From assembly GCA_032718475.1 (NCBI GenBank), contig JAUCBJ010008842.1, positions 1 through 36,426 on the forward strand: a DNA stretch of 36,426 bases. The letters run 5' to 3'. The position numbers and the translations under genes are program-made. Every line of letters begins with the position of its first letter. Within the stretch, counting starts at the first letter, position 1. The notes beneath the pieces were generated by a model. That model worked only from the letters and a program-made list of their open reading frames with translations, had not been told where the DNA came from and did not search any database. The DNA is from Nemertoderma westbladi. Lineage: Eukaryota; Animalia; Xenacoelomorpha. Positions 1 to 11,163 of the stretch are shown piece after piece.

Positions 1-417
1 AAGCCATATCGTTGCGAGTAGTTTAAGTCATAACTCTGTTTATGTAGATAAAGCGCCACGTCCTAAAGGAACTGTTAATATTACCGAAGGTGAATAATAT
101 TGTCAGAGATTATATAATACTATCAGTCGAATAATACATTAGGCTTACATAGCAATACAAATTAAACCGTCGAACCCAATCTCCCGGGAATATCCAGCGG
201 GTGAATGGTCGCGCACGGATTGGTTTCGACTAGTGTAGTGAATCAAATACTTGTCATAGACTAAAAAGCAGATTTATTATCTAGAAGACATTCTAATTTG
301 GCGGGTTAAACTGCCAAAGGTCTGAAAGCGCGAACACGCTGTACAAAAATAAAGGATCAAGAGACGAGCCGGACTCACTTCGAGGTATCGCTGTACAAAG
401 GTAAATGATAAAGAGAT

Positions 418-690
418 GGTCGTTTAGATACTTCCGCCAACTCCTACAGAAATAGAGGGTTACCTACGGACGGAGAAGGTTCCCTTCCACGATGTAATTG
501 CTCTTCCACTGAAGAATGGAAACTCGCCATATCGGAGTTTTCATATAATCTGTGCTCAGGAGCACCGCGATACTGTCATGAATCCCGATCTCTGGGATTC
601 TGGTATCTCGATTAGGAACTACCGTTTATCCAATGGAGAACGTGCTAACCTAGGTTTGCGACAAAGAGAAATGGGAAACCGTTATTCTTA
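418..690 (+). pseudogene. Degenerate C-terminal part of a non-LTR retrotransposon ORF1
   Basis: Manual translation gives GRLDTSA(fs)TPTEIEGYL...SPYRSFHI...MNPDLWDSGISIRNY. This resembles the Y.SF.V...L.P..WP.GV.VR motif of LINE ORF1 proteins and lies directly upstream of an APE-like ORF2. Confidence 0.55.
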
Positions 691-733
691 GAACTCTAAC
701 ACTGAAACTGATGAAACTATAATACAGGAATAG

Positions 734-1413
734 GACTGGAGCTCGTCTGTTAGGGTACGTTTGTGGAATCTTGAGGGTTTTAACATTCTATCAAACCTTC
801 TTACAGAACAATTACTCTATGACAATGGCGATATTGTACTTTTCAACAAAACTTTTCTCTGCAACCCTACCGGTACTGGATCAGGATATAATATTCCTTA
901 CTACCCGTTCATACAACCCGCAAAACAACCACCTCGGTGGAGACTGTACGGGGGTCTTATGGTCCTCAGCAAACCGTTTCTCAAACCATCTTTGATAAAG
1001 AAAACTCCCGAATTTGTTGTTGTTAAAACAATTCTAGATTATTTCAGTGTATTCTACTTTCCTCCTGATGTCCCCTTAGAAGACATTCTACAAAATGTTA
1101 ATGAAGTACTCACTTATATGGATCCATCCGCAACAATCGTTATAGGTGGTGATTTTAACTGCCGCATAGACAATAGAACTCGAGGTTCAGAATTATCAGA
1201 CGAACTTAAAAGTTTCGGATTCATTTGACTCAACTCGCCAGAAATACATACCTACATATCCCCACGATTTATTTATTATTTCTTAGATATTATGTTCCAA
1301 AAATTCCATCACCAGTTCCTACTCCTACTGTCTCTCTGAATCCGATCCGGAAACACCAACCAGTAACAGTCACTCTCAATACACAGGTCAGGTCAGGTAT
1401 TCTAGGTCATTGA
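734..1413 (+). pseudogene. LINE ORF2 AP-endonuclease domain, frameshifted and truncated
   Basis: LWNLEGF start motif, YFPPD, IVIGGDFNCRID and a late H (RKHQPV) in a second frame; no RT follows. Confidence 0.7.
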
Positions 1414-1419
1414 TCAAGA

Positions 1420-2960
1420 AAACTTGCCACCTCCATGCAGCATAAAGGAGGTGCCACCTGTAGCTGCATAGACCCTTTTACTAGGGCAAATCTGGTCCTG
1501 TAACTAGGACCCCCTTCGTTCTGGGATAAGGACGCCCTTGGTCCTGGATTAAGGACCCATATACTTGGCTGCAGGGGTATATGGCCTGACCAGGCAGATG
1601 GTGATCTACCAATGGCTGGTCAGGAGTAGAGTGTTCTCATGTCCACTCTGAGAGCACTTCACTGCGACCTGCACCTGGCAGCAAGGGTACAGGGCATGAC
1701 CCAGCAGATGAGCTGCAACAGCCAATGGTGGGTCATGTGCGCCAGAGTAGATATGGGTGATGGGCCTCATATCTGACTCCATTGCGACACCCACCCTGTG
1801 GAATGGCAAACCGGGGTGTGGTATTTGCCCCGAGAGCTGACTCGGCAAAAAAGCACCCCCCAACCCCCATTATGGATTACATTAGCAATGCGGAGGTCCG
1901 GCCACTAGAGGCCAGTGGAATTACCGGATACAATCGGCCTCACAGGCGTCAGTTAACTCCTGACCGGCTGCCTGTCTCACCCTCTACTGGAGAGAGAGCA
2001 GCCAACAATTATTTGAGTCCCTTTCCTGATGACCTTTCTGGCCCAAACCCTGGGTCACCGGGGAGGCCAGATTGTGATGGGGAGAGGGATTCTGAAGTTG
2101 GAGGCTACTCTCATGTTCCACCCCGACCAACAAAGCCATTGGTGAATCTGAGGCAAGTCACTAGACTAGCCTCAGTAAACACCCTAACACTCGGGTCCCC
2201 AATGCGACAAGGTGAGCTGACTGCCTTGGCAGATAAGATTTCTCTTAGCGCAGTGGGTGTTCAAAAGCACCGAATGCAGACTGGACAGACTGATGAGGTT
2301 CTGATTAAGGACATGGGGGGCGGTTGGCGACTCGCCCTCGCGTCAGCAGATAATAGTGGCAATGGTGGAATTGGTCTATTGATGAATCCAACTGCACATG
2401 CAGCATTGGACAAAATAGACAAAATCTCTAACCGCATCATCCGTTGCCACTTCTCGTGTTCTGGAAGACTGGCTAAGAAGTTTCCTAAGGTGGTTCTGAT
2501 TGTGTGCTACTCTCCAACTAGTGTTGCCCCTGTAGAGAAGGTGGAAAATTTCTACCACAATCTACAAGCAGCTACTGATGGAGTGGATCAGCATGCATTC
2601 TTAACATTCCTGGGAGACTGCATCAATCACCTACATCGCCCTGGGTCTATAGCAATAGTGTTAACCGAAATTCCGTCCATCTTCAGGATTTTATCTCTGG
2701 AAATGGATTGTTTTCGGCTGGAACCCAGTTCAAGAAGCGAACTGGAAAGCTATGGACTCATAGTGGACCCAGTGGTCACAAGTCCCAGATAGACCATATT
2801 CTGTTTCGTAGGAAATACAGGAGCTCTATACAAGACTGTAATGCATTTACACTTCGACCCTTCTCCAGTGATCACCGCCTTATTGTGGCCAAGGTAAGAC
2901 TTAGTCTGCGTGCTAGCAGAACAACGAAATCTGCCTTGCCGCGGCATCTTCTTGCTGCCG
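1420..2960 (+). mobile_element. 5' part of an RTE-clade non-LTR retrotransposon (structured 5' UTR plus APE domain, frameshifted)
   Basis: ORF 1782-2792 has SVNTLTL, VGVQKHR, GGIGLLM, ISNRII, CYSPT and FLGD. ORF 2708-2983 has WTHSGPSGHKSQIDHIL and SDHRLIVAKVRLSLR, typical of RTE endonucleases. Confidence 0.8.
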
Positions 2961-3398
2961 ACACCTTCTTCTCGTGGGGTTAAACCTTCTTGAGGCGTGC
3001 TTTCGAAATGTTCGTACAATTCCGATATTGTTAAAACAAATGTTAGACACATTCTCAATACAACGACTTGCGCTTGATGAAACGTGCTGGATGTCACCAA
3101 CAGCAGCCAGATACGAACCTTGAGCAGAAAATTTTAGCGCAGTACAAACTTGTAGTGAGACAGGAAGGCTGCAGCTTCTTTTGTGGTATGCGCCAATGGG
3201 GCAAATATCCCACTACACAATACACATATCAGCAACCATTTCTTTGGGAAACCTGTAACATTTTAAATACTGTAGTACGTATTGATAGCATAAAATTATT
3301 GCTAAATGACACTACAGTAGATAAAGTTAAATGAAACCCCTTGCTGCCATTTAAATTAAGGGATGTATTAACTATTTACATCGTTGTGTGCAAAGTAG

Positions 3399-3497
3399 CA
3401 CTTTGCAGCATTAAGACCCGAGTTTATTTATGTACCGAGCGAGCGCAGCGAGGGAGGTTTACATAAATAAACAAGGGTCTTTAACGCTGAAAAGTGA
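3399..3497. repeat. Imperfect long palindrome with GCGCAGC apex (possible end of a Crypton-like non-autonomous element)
   Basis: Arm cactttgcagcattaagacccgagtttatttatgta pairs with tacataaataaacaagggtctttaacgctgaaaagtg around cgagcgagcgcagcgagggagg. Confidence 0.6.
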
Positions 3498-3911
3498 CCA
3501 TTACAAGCAATGATTTATGTAATTTTATAACATTATGTCAACTTATCTGCGTTCTGTATTTGAAGAAAGGATTTTATGGATGCTCATTTGAACATTTTAA
3601 TCATGTACTACAGTATTTCGAATATTAGTGAAAATTATTAACAGGTACCGGTACTATAAATGTATATCTAATTAAAGTTATTGTGGTTATCTCCTGCATG
3701 GTTATGATAAATCTTTGATCCATCGTCGACAGAAGCAAACTGAGTCACCGTCTGTGTCCGTTTAGTTTTACTGAACACTGTTGCCATATTTTCTTTGTTA
3801 ATTTTCTCTAAAATGTCTTCTATAGGACGTATGGAATAAAGTCTTACACGATAAACAATTATTTACATACAGTAGCCCCGTCACTTCAAACTGGACGCAC
3901 GCATTATGCAA

Positions 3912-4598
3912 AGGTACTGGTTCAGTATGCCTACACCCTCCACCAAATTTTATCTACTAGCTAGTTTTTAATAATTTTTTTTTTGAAATGTACCAGAACA
4001 TTTTAGCTATTTTATTTTTAAAAAATAATGTTCTAGAACAAATATTTTTTGTTCTAGAACATTATTTAGACAAAAGCCTGGGTTGTATTTAAAAAGAATG
4101 GGATGGAAAAAGCAAGGAGGTAAAATAATTTTTTTTTAATATTTAACGTTCTTACTATCTCTAAGCCATACCATCTTAGTGTCAGAAGTTCAAATATAAA
4201 CCTGATGATAAAAGCCATGAAAAACTCGGTCAAAAAGTGTCAACCCAATATAAAAATTTGAGACACATTAGGGCCTATGGTACTAGTACTCCACAACGAT
4301 TTCTACGCACAAAGTGGCACAAGTGTATAGGACTAGCTAGTGTCTATAAAAGATAATAAAGTTTCCAGAGAATCATTAAAAATTATAAATACTGTTGAAA
4401 TAACGAACTCATAAGATTTTAATACAAACCTTGCTTGTCTCTAAAAAGTTGTTCCAGAATGAAAATATTTGTTCTAGAACATTGTTTTTTAAAAACAAAT
4501 AGCTAACATGTTCTAGAACATTTCAAAAAAAGAAATTAACAAAAATTAATTAGTATAAAAAATTTGGTGGGGCGTGTACGCATACTGAACCAGTACCT
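3912..4598. mobile_element. MITE / non-autonomous DNA transposon
   Basis: TIRs aggtactggttcagtatgc ... gcatactgaaccagtacct, with imperfect inverted similarity extending over 100 bp inward; no ORF; TSD not clean. Confidence 0.8.
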
Positions 4599-4767
4599 AA
4601 TAATGATCAGTCAATCGATTCATCAATCGATCACTCAGCCAATAGTTGTTACCTTTTTGTTATGAAAAATTATCATATTGATAATAACGTTGATATTCAA
4701 TTATTGATTCAAATACACATGAAAGGACACCGGACTTGAGAATATGGATGAACTGGGAAAATGTATG

Positions 4768-5089
4768 GCGACCGTAAAATCTGGGGGCGCTATGTTGTTG
4801 GGTCCGCCGGCACTGTGTGTGGCTGACCGCGAGATCTGGGGGCGCTATGTTGCTGGGTCCGCCGGCACTGTGTGTGGCTGACCGCGAGATCTGGGGCGCT
4901 ATGTTGCTGGGTCCGCCGGCACTGTGTGTGGCTGACCGCGAGATCTGGGGGCGCTATGTTGCTGGGTCCGCCGGCACTGTGTGTGGATGACCGCGAGATC
5001 TGGGGCGCTATGTTGCTGGGTCTAGCAGGCACTGTGTATGGCTGACCGCGAGATCTGGGGAGCTATGTTGCTGGGTCTAGCAGGCACTG
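4768..5089. repeat. GC-rich minisatellite, 54-55 bp unit, about 5.5 copies
   Basis: Unit gatctgggggcgctatgttgctgggtccgccggcactgtgtgtggctgaccgcga at 4833, 4888, etc. Confidence 0.95.
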
Positions 5090-5971
5090 CATCTTGGTGC
5101 ATGCCGATCATGATCACGTGTTAATTCCAAAAAATTGATGATATTACAAATAATATGCAGACTTTAGTATTAGGGGGCTTGATTGATTGATTGATTTTTT
5201 TAACACTAGGTATAAGTAACGCGTTCAAAGTTTACAGCACAATAGAGTAAAATGTGGTGACATTTACAACGACATACTTTTAAATAAAATATATACAAAC
5301 AGTAAGATAATAACATATATGATACAGCATGTCGAAAAAAGTAGAGTATATTAATAAAAGTATTAAAATATAAGACAGAATAATTACATGACTTGTTTAT
5401 TGTGTCTAGGCCCATTTGAATAGAGTGAATTAAATTGTCCATGTGGGTGAATACCAGTTCAATCCTACACAACCAACGACGAGATATTTTTTAAATGTGT
5501 GTTTCCCGCACTAATTAAATCAATTAAATCAGACCTTTTCTGTAATATCTTCTCGATTTAACACATCAAGCCACTCGATTCAGGGTACCGTGTTACTTAC
5601 TACCCCCTTATTCAGGTGTTTCTAACCAAACCTTTCCATCACACTAACACTAACGCAGCAAAAGTGAATAATTTTTTGTTGGATACATTTTAAATTATCC
5701 TTGAGAAATAAAGAGGTCTTTCAAAAGTTTAAAATGAAGCTACACACAATTTCTTGCGAAATTTTAAGTATAAAATAATGTTGAAAAAGTATGAATAATA
5801 ATAATTGTAGAAAAATGAGTGGTAAATTGTAAATATATATAAAAGATTCTTACAGGACATGGTACATTTAAAAATAAAACAATGAAAAGTTTAATTTAGA
5901 TATTTTATACTACTACTGTACATATTGGCCGATAAATAATAAGTTTTTTCTACAGTACCGTATATTTCTCG

Positions 5972-6757
5972 TTATCTTTTACTCGTAATATTGTTTACGT
6001 TACGAGGTCGTCCCAAACCAAGTTGATCGAATTCCTGAGTTAATTGTTGAATCTTCATATCTTTAATGGCGACTAAATGCTCGAGTTTTCCTATTTTTTC
6101 CTGTAAAAGACGCACTGTCTGCTGGGATGCGAGCAGTGCCTCGTTCTTCCGGTCGAGGAGCCATCGAGCTTCCTCGGAAAGTTGTGAATCGGACGCGAGT
6201 CCGTCTGGTCTGGGAGGGATGTAAACCGAGGGGCTCACCATAATAACGTCCGGTGTAGCAACGGGTGGACCACGTTGGCGGTTTAACGGTAATGCGGGAG
6301 GTTTGCGTTTCTCCCTAGGTAGTGGCTTTCTAGCAGCTGGAGTCTGACTGTCGACCCAGTATCGGTACTCGTCGTAACTCCTGTCTGACTCCTGTCGTTT
6401 ATCCCTTCCATCCACGATTCGTTTTATTTCGAAAAGAACCGACTCGATTGCGTTCGGTTTGGCGCTAACTAAATTTCCCATAACAGTTTTATCGATATTA
6501 TAACCAAATTTATTCAACACTTTTCTATTCAATAGATTCCAGTTAACTAGTTTCTGCTTGACTGCATGGGACGCTGTGTAGTTGTGCATATCGACTAGGC
6601 GCGGGTAAAACCTTTTAACAACTTCAGCGCAAAGAACGCCATCGGCAAAGTCCCGCGATATATTTTTCTTGGGTCTGGACAACGATATTTCGTCTATCCA
6701 TGTGTAAAGATCTTGTAAATCAGCATCATTCAGCACCTGCCCCATTTCGTAAGACAT
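5972..6757 (-). CDS. SPEF1: Sperm flagellar protein 1 (CLAMP); N-terminal CH-like domain and C-terminal coiled coil; single coding exon
   Basis: LYTWIDEISLSRPKKNISRDFADGVLCAEVVKRFYPRLVDMHNY...KLVNWNLLNRKV and TVRLLQEKIGKLEHLVAIKDMKIQQL match the SPEF1 family; ATG-to-stop ORF of 261 aa. Confidence 0.93.
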   Translation of the reverse strand: MSYEMGQVLNDADLQDLYTWIDEISLSRPKKNISRDFADGVLCAEVVKRFYPRLVDMHNYTASHAVKQKLVNWNLLNRKVLNKFGYNIDKTVMGNLVSAKPNAIESVLFEIKRIVDGRDKRQESDRSYDEYRYWVDSQTPAARKPLPREKRKPPALPLNRQRGPPVATPDVIMVSPSVYIPPRPDGLASDSQLSEEARWLLDRKNEALLASQQTVRLLQEKIGKLEHLVAIKDMKIQQLTQEFDQLGLGRPRNVNNITSKR

Positions 6758-6963
6758 TTACTTACAAAACCGGAGTTTATGTAGGAGTAGGCCTACGAGC
6801 AAATACCAGCAAATAAACAAGTTTTTCATCGTAGCACTTGTTAATTTTTATATATAATTTCAATTTATTATACTGTAGTTCATTTTAAAAAATATTATTC
6901 TAGAAGGAATACCGTTTTGACTAGAGGTCTGTATAGCACTACATTTTTAAAACATATATCATT

Positions 6964-6976
6964 GTTACATGGCAAC
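6964..6976. promoter_or_regulatory. RFX X-box-like motif (13-nt variant)
   Basis: gttacatggcaac, about 210 bp upstream of the SPEF1 ATG. Confidence 0.4.
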
Positions 6977-7456
6977 GTTGAAGAGTTGTAGAACAAATGA
7001 AAATAATTATATACTATTCTAAACCATAAATAAAATAAAATAATATTACGTTCTAGAACATATAGCTAATTTATTTTTAATTTTAAAATAGCTAGTAAAT
7101 TAAAAAAAAGTATTTAAATGAATTTCTGAATACATTTAAATGAATATTGAAAATTGTTATATTTCTAACATATACCGGTAGCTATTTTTTTTAATTAAAA
7201 TAGCTATTAAATTAAAAAATTTATTTTTAAATCAATTTCTGAATAGGCCTACATTTAAATGAAAATTGAAAATTTCCAAAGCACCAAACATTAATAAAAC
7301 AATTTTATATTTTTTTAAATTACAAGCTAATTAAAAATTTATAAATAACTAGCTATATGTACTAGAACGTTATATTTTTAATTTTATTTAAGTTCTAGAA
7401 TTAGGGTATAATAATACTGTATAAGATTTATAATTTGTTCTAGGACTCTATAAAAT

Positions 7457-7470
7457 GTTGCCATGGTAAC
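7457..7470. promoter_or_regulatory. RFX X-box motif
   Basis: gttgccatggtaac matches the GTTNCCATGGNAAC consensus, about 700 bp upstream of the ciliary gene SPEF1. Confidence 0.55.
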
Positions 7471-8430
7471 CATGATTTATGGTATAAACATGTAGTGCTA
7501 TGCGGATTCGGAACTGTTACCTTAGTTTTAATATTTTCTTTCTACGTCAAGAGTCAGTCCCCAAATCTGCAAACTGTGATAACAAATGCACGTTATTCAA
7601 GAAAGATCGATCACTAAGGAGACGTGGGGGGGGGGGGGGGCGTTGTTGGACGCAAATCCCAACTCGTCGAATTTATATTTCGTCTTAATGTTAAATTAAA
7701 AATTAAGGGGAATGAGCGTTTACAAATTGCACTCTTATTCTAACCAAAACAATAAGTTAAAGACAATAGAACAGGTTACAGTTGTATTTTTTAGGAGTAA
7801 TCAGCTGTTATTTGCTTCGATTTTACCCTGGAGCGGTATAAAGTAAAAAAAATGTAAAATGTTTATTCGGCTGTTAGGCCAGGGATTACGTGCAAAGTCG
7901 GGCGATCTACTGCATTTCCAGTGCGGGCCCCCTCGAACTATACTCCGCAGAGGAAAAGCCAGTACCGGTACTCATTTAGCTACCACTTCAGAATGCAAGC
8001 AAAAATGCGCCCTTGTTACACCCGCTTTTTATTCCGTCGAAAGTCCCATTATCTGTAGCTGGGAAATAAATATGAGAAATAGAGCTATAACATTTACGCT
8101 GTTACCTACTATATAAATACATAATTTAATAAATGTATTTATTGCTCTACTGCAGAAAGGCCACATATGAAAGCATTAAAAATGACTGAAATAATAGACA
8201 TAAAATAAGATTACTGAAATAATGTCTACCATAAGTCATAGTCGTTGAATTAAATCGTATCAATATAGGAAAAAAAATAGTGATAAAATATATATGCTTA
8301 GTTATTTCCCCCCAAAAATACCAAGCCCCATTTTTAATCAACTCCCCCCAAACAAAACCCTCTTAGAAATGTTTGAAGCCTTAGTAATAAATTACTCGTA
8401 GGTGAATGAAGGTAATGGGGAATAACACAC

Positions 8431-8563
8431 TTATTACCCTATTATTGAGTTATTTTCCCGGTTATTTAACCCTTGGGCAGGAACACCCTCGGGCTTCGCC
8501 CTCGGGTTGTTTCCTGCCCGCGGGTTAAATAACCGGGAAAATAACTCAATAATAGGGTAATAA
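8431..8563. repeat. Long hairpin with perfect 42-bp outer arms and a GCGAAGC apex on the - strand (possible Crypton-like element end)
   Basis: 8431-8472 is the exact reverse complement of 8522-8563; inner gggcaggaa/ttcctgccc stem; apex gggcttcgccc. Confidence 0.85.
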
Positions 8564-8972
8564 ATATAGATATTCAGTTTACCAGTAACAGGTAGGCCTA
8601 CCGGTACCAGTAAAACTTGGCATATATACAGATATACATGAAATTCTGCATTACGTTCCGGTTTGGAGCACATAGGGAAATATTTACATGTGGTTGCTAG
8701 GCAACATTGCTGTGTACAATGGCCTATCGCGCTATCACTTCTCAGATTTATTATTCGCTGATTCATTTAAATGTTTGGCGGTAGGTACCTCATCCCATGC
8801 TAAATGATCGCAATAATTTTTCTTGTCCGTTGAAATCACTCATAAAGTCCTTTTTTTTCCTTTTTATGTCCGCCAGAAATTTACCGTTAGGTTGCATGCT
8901 ACCGGTTTCTCTACTGCTGTTCTCTTAGGCTTCTGGGCTATCAGTACCGGTATTACAATATACGTCAGCGGC

Positions 8973-9539
8973 TTGGACGTCCATAAATTAGTTTTTGGAC
9001 GTCCATAAATTAGTTTTTGGACGTCCATAAATTTGTTTTTGGACGTCCATAAATTAGTTTTTGGACGTCCATAAATTAGTTTTTGGACGTCCATAAACTA
9101 ATTTTTGGACGTCCATAAATTAGTTTTTAGGCGTCCATAAATTAGTTTTTGGACGTCCATGAATTAGTTTTTGGACGTCCAAAAATTAGTTTTTGGACGT
9201 CCATAAATTAGTTTTTGGACGTCCATAAATTTGTTTTTGGACGTCCATAAATTAGTTTTTGGACGTCCATAAATTAGTTTTTGGACGTCCATAAACTAAT
9301 TTTTGGACGTCCATAAATTAGTTTTTAGGCGTCCATAAATTAGTTTTTGGACGTCCATGAATTAGTTTTTGGACGTCCATAAATTTGTTTTTGGACGTCC
9401 ATAAATTAGTTTTTGGACGTCCATAAATTAGTTTTTGGACGTCCATAAACTAATTTTTGGACGTCCATAAATTAGTTTTTAGGCGTCCATAAATTAGTTT
9501 TTGGACGTCCATGAATTAGTTTTTGGACGTCCAAAAATT
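8973..9539. repeat. 22-bp minisatellite, about 26 copies, with higher-order structure
   Basis: Unit ggacgtccataaattagttttt with a period of 22 (8975, 8997, 9019...). Confidence 0.97.
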
Positions 9540-10199
9540 CCTGCTTTTTATATTTTTTTAAATAAATATGACGGAATTCTGCCACATTAGGCTTTTTTCA
9601 CAAAGCTACTTTATTAAGAAAACCTGACCCCACACAAAGCCGCTAACATACAGTAGAGCAGTATTTTGCAGTATTGTTGTATTGTACTGTATGTATATAA
9701 AGCCTATACCTTTAGAAAGAATTAAATAGCATTATACTACTCAGCTCCTGTACAATAATACTGATACCAGTACTCTGATATGTATCCTAAACAGTTGTAA
9801 ATGAGAGAGAATGATGGTAATTAATAAACTTATTTCAGAATTTTAGTACCGGCTGACCACGCTACCTTTTAAATACTTCTAAATCATACATACTTTTAAA
9901 TCAATTTTAGATAAATTGATACATATCTGGATAATGCATTTAAAAAATGGATCATAACAACTGTAGGCCTAATGTTTGGGTAGCTGTAGTGGTACCTCTC
10001 AATCTATAATGTAGTTCTAAAATAACAGATCAGGCCACATACTGTAGAGTGTGTTCGAAAAATCGACTTATTCCCCATTCAGCCATTATTTTGATAGCGG
10101 AAACACACTGATATCGAAAATATCGGGCCGGTTTTAGCTAAAAGGCAAAGGGGTTGTCCCATTAAAGGATATATACAACTGTACTTAATGTAAAATAAA

Positions 10200-10862
10200 G
10201 CCTCTGTAAACCTGCTCCTTTGTCTCAATGGGTAAAGTTATCGTTTATTGTTTTGATTAGAAAAGCCCGCCTCTGTAACGCTCTTTTCCCTCAATTGGTA
10301 ATGTTATCGTTTAATCACTATTGTTTTGGTTAGAAAAGACCATCTATGTAGCCTGCTCCTTTCCTTCATTTGGTAAAGTGACTGTTTATTGTTTTGGTTA
10401 GAAAATCCCGCCTCTGTAACATGCTCCTTTCCTCAATTAGTTAAGTGATCGTTTATTGTTTTGGTTAGAAAATCCCGCCTCTGTAACCTGCTCCTTTCCC
10501 TGATTTGGTAAAGTGACCAATTTATTGTTTTGGTTAGAAAGGCCCGCTTCTGTATCCTGCTCCTTTCCTTGATTTGGTATATTGACCGTTTATTGTTTTG
10601 GTTAGTAAGACCCGCCTCTGTAACCTGCTCCTTTCCCTCAATTAGTTAAATGATCCTTTATTGTTTTGGTTAGAAAATCCCGCTTCTGTGACCTGCTCCT
10701 TTCCCTGATTTGGTAAAATGACCGTTTATTGTTTTGGTTAGAAAGACCCGTCTCTGTAACCTGCTCCTTTCCTTAATTTGGTGAAGTGACTGTTTATTGT
10801 TTTGGTTAGAAAATCCGGCCTATCTAACCTGCTCCTTTCCATCAATTGGTAATTGTTTTTGG
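10200..10862. repeat. Diverged ~67-68 bp tandem repeat, about 10 copies
   Basis: Unit similar to gtttattgttttggttagaaaatcccgcctctgtaacctgctcctttccctcaattggtaaagtgacc (e.g. 10384, 10451). Confidence 0.9.
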
Positions 10863-10939
10863 CTATAAAATGAGTGTTTTGCTACGTCATATGGTAATCG
10901 ATTATCGACAACAACCACAAACTATTAAATGTTTGACAA

Positions 10940-11163
10940 ACTATCTCATTGTCCATAAATCATAGAATTTTGAATGTTTTGCCACTATATTATTGTAAAT
11001 GAAACTGTCTGACAGTTAAGAAATCAACAAATTTTTAATGTTTTGGCACAGGCATAGTGAGATCAACTGTCCGACAGTCCAGAAATCAACAAATTTTGAA
11101 TATTTTGGCATAGGTATGTTTAAATCAACTGTCTGACAGTCCAGAAATCAGCAGTCTGACAGT
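10940..11163. repeat. Degenerate ~62-bp tandem repeat, about 3.5 copies
   Basis: aactgtc(t/c)gacagt...gaaatcaacaaatttt at 11003, 11065 and 11127. Confidence 0.75.

Larger units (their letters stand above)
6921..7516. mobile_element. Non-autonomous repeat with (sub)terminal inverted repeats (MITE or Helentron-derived HINE-like)
   Basis: Left gtatagcactacat and right atgtagtgctatgc are inverted; the left ~130 bp recur at 35306-35450. Confidence 0.7.

Noticed and set aside
4790-5032. Short ORFs in minisatellites, hairpins and LTRs (also 8434, 8864, 12000, 22794, 23348)
   Set aside because: By-products of repeat sequence with no protein-family signal.
8973-9539. CRISPR array (also considered for 16070-16600 and 24105-25157)
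   Set aside because: Head-to-tail tandem units without unique spacers, no cas genes, eukaryotic context.
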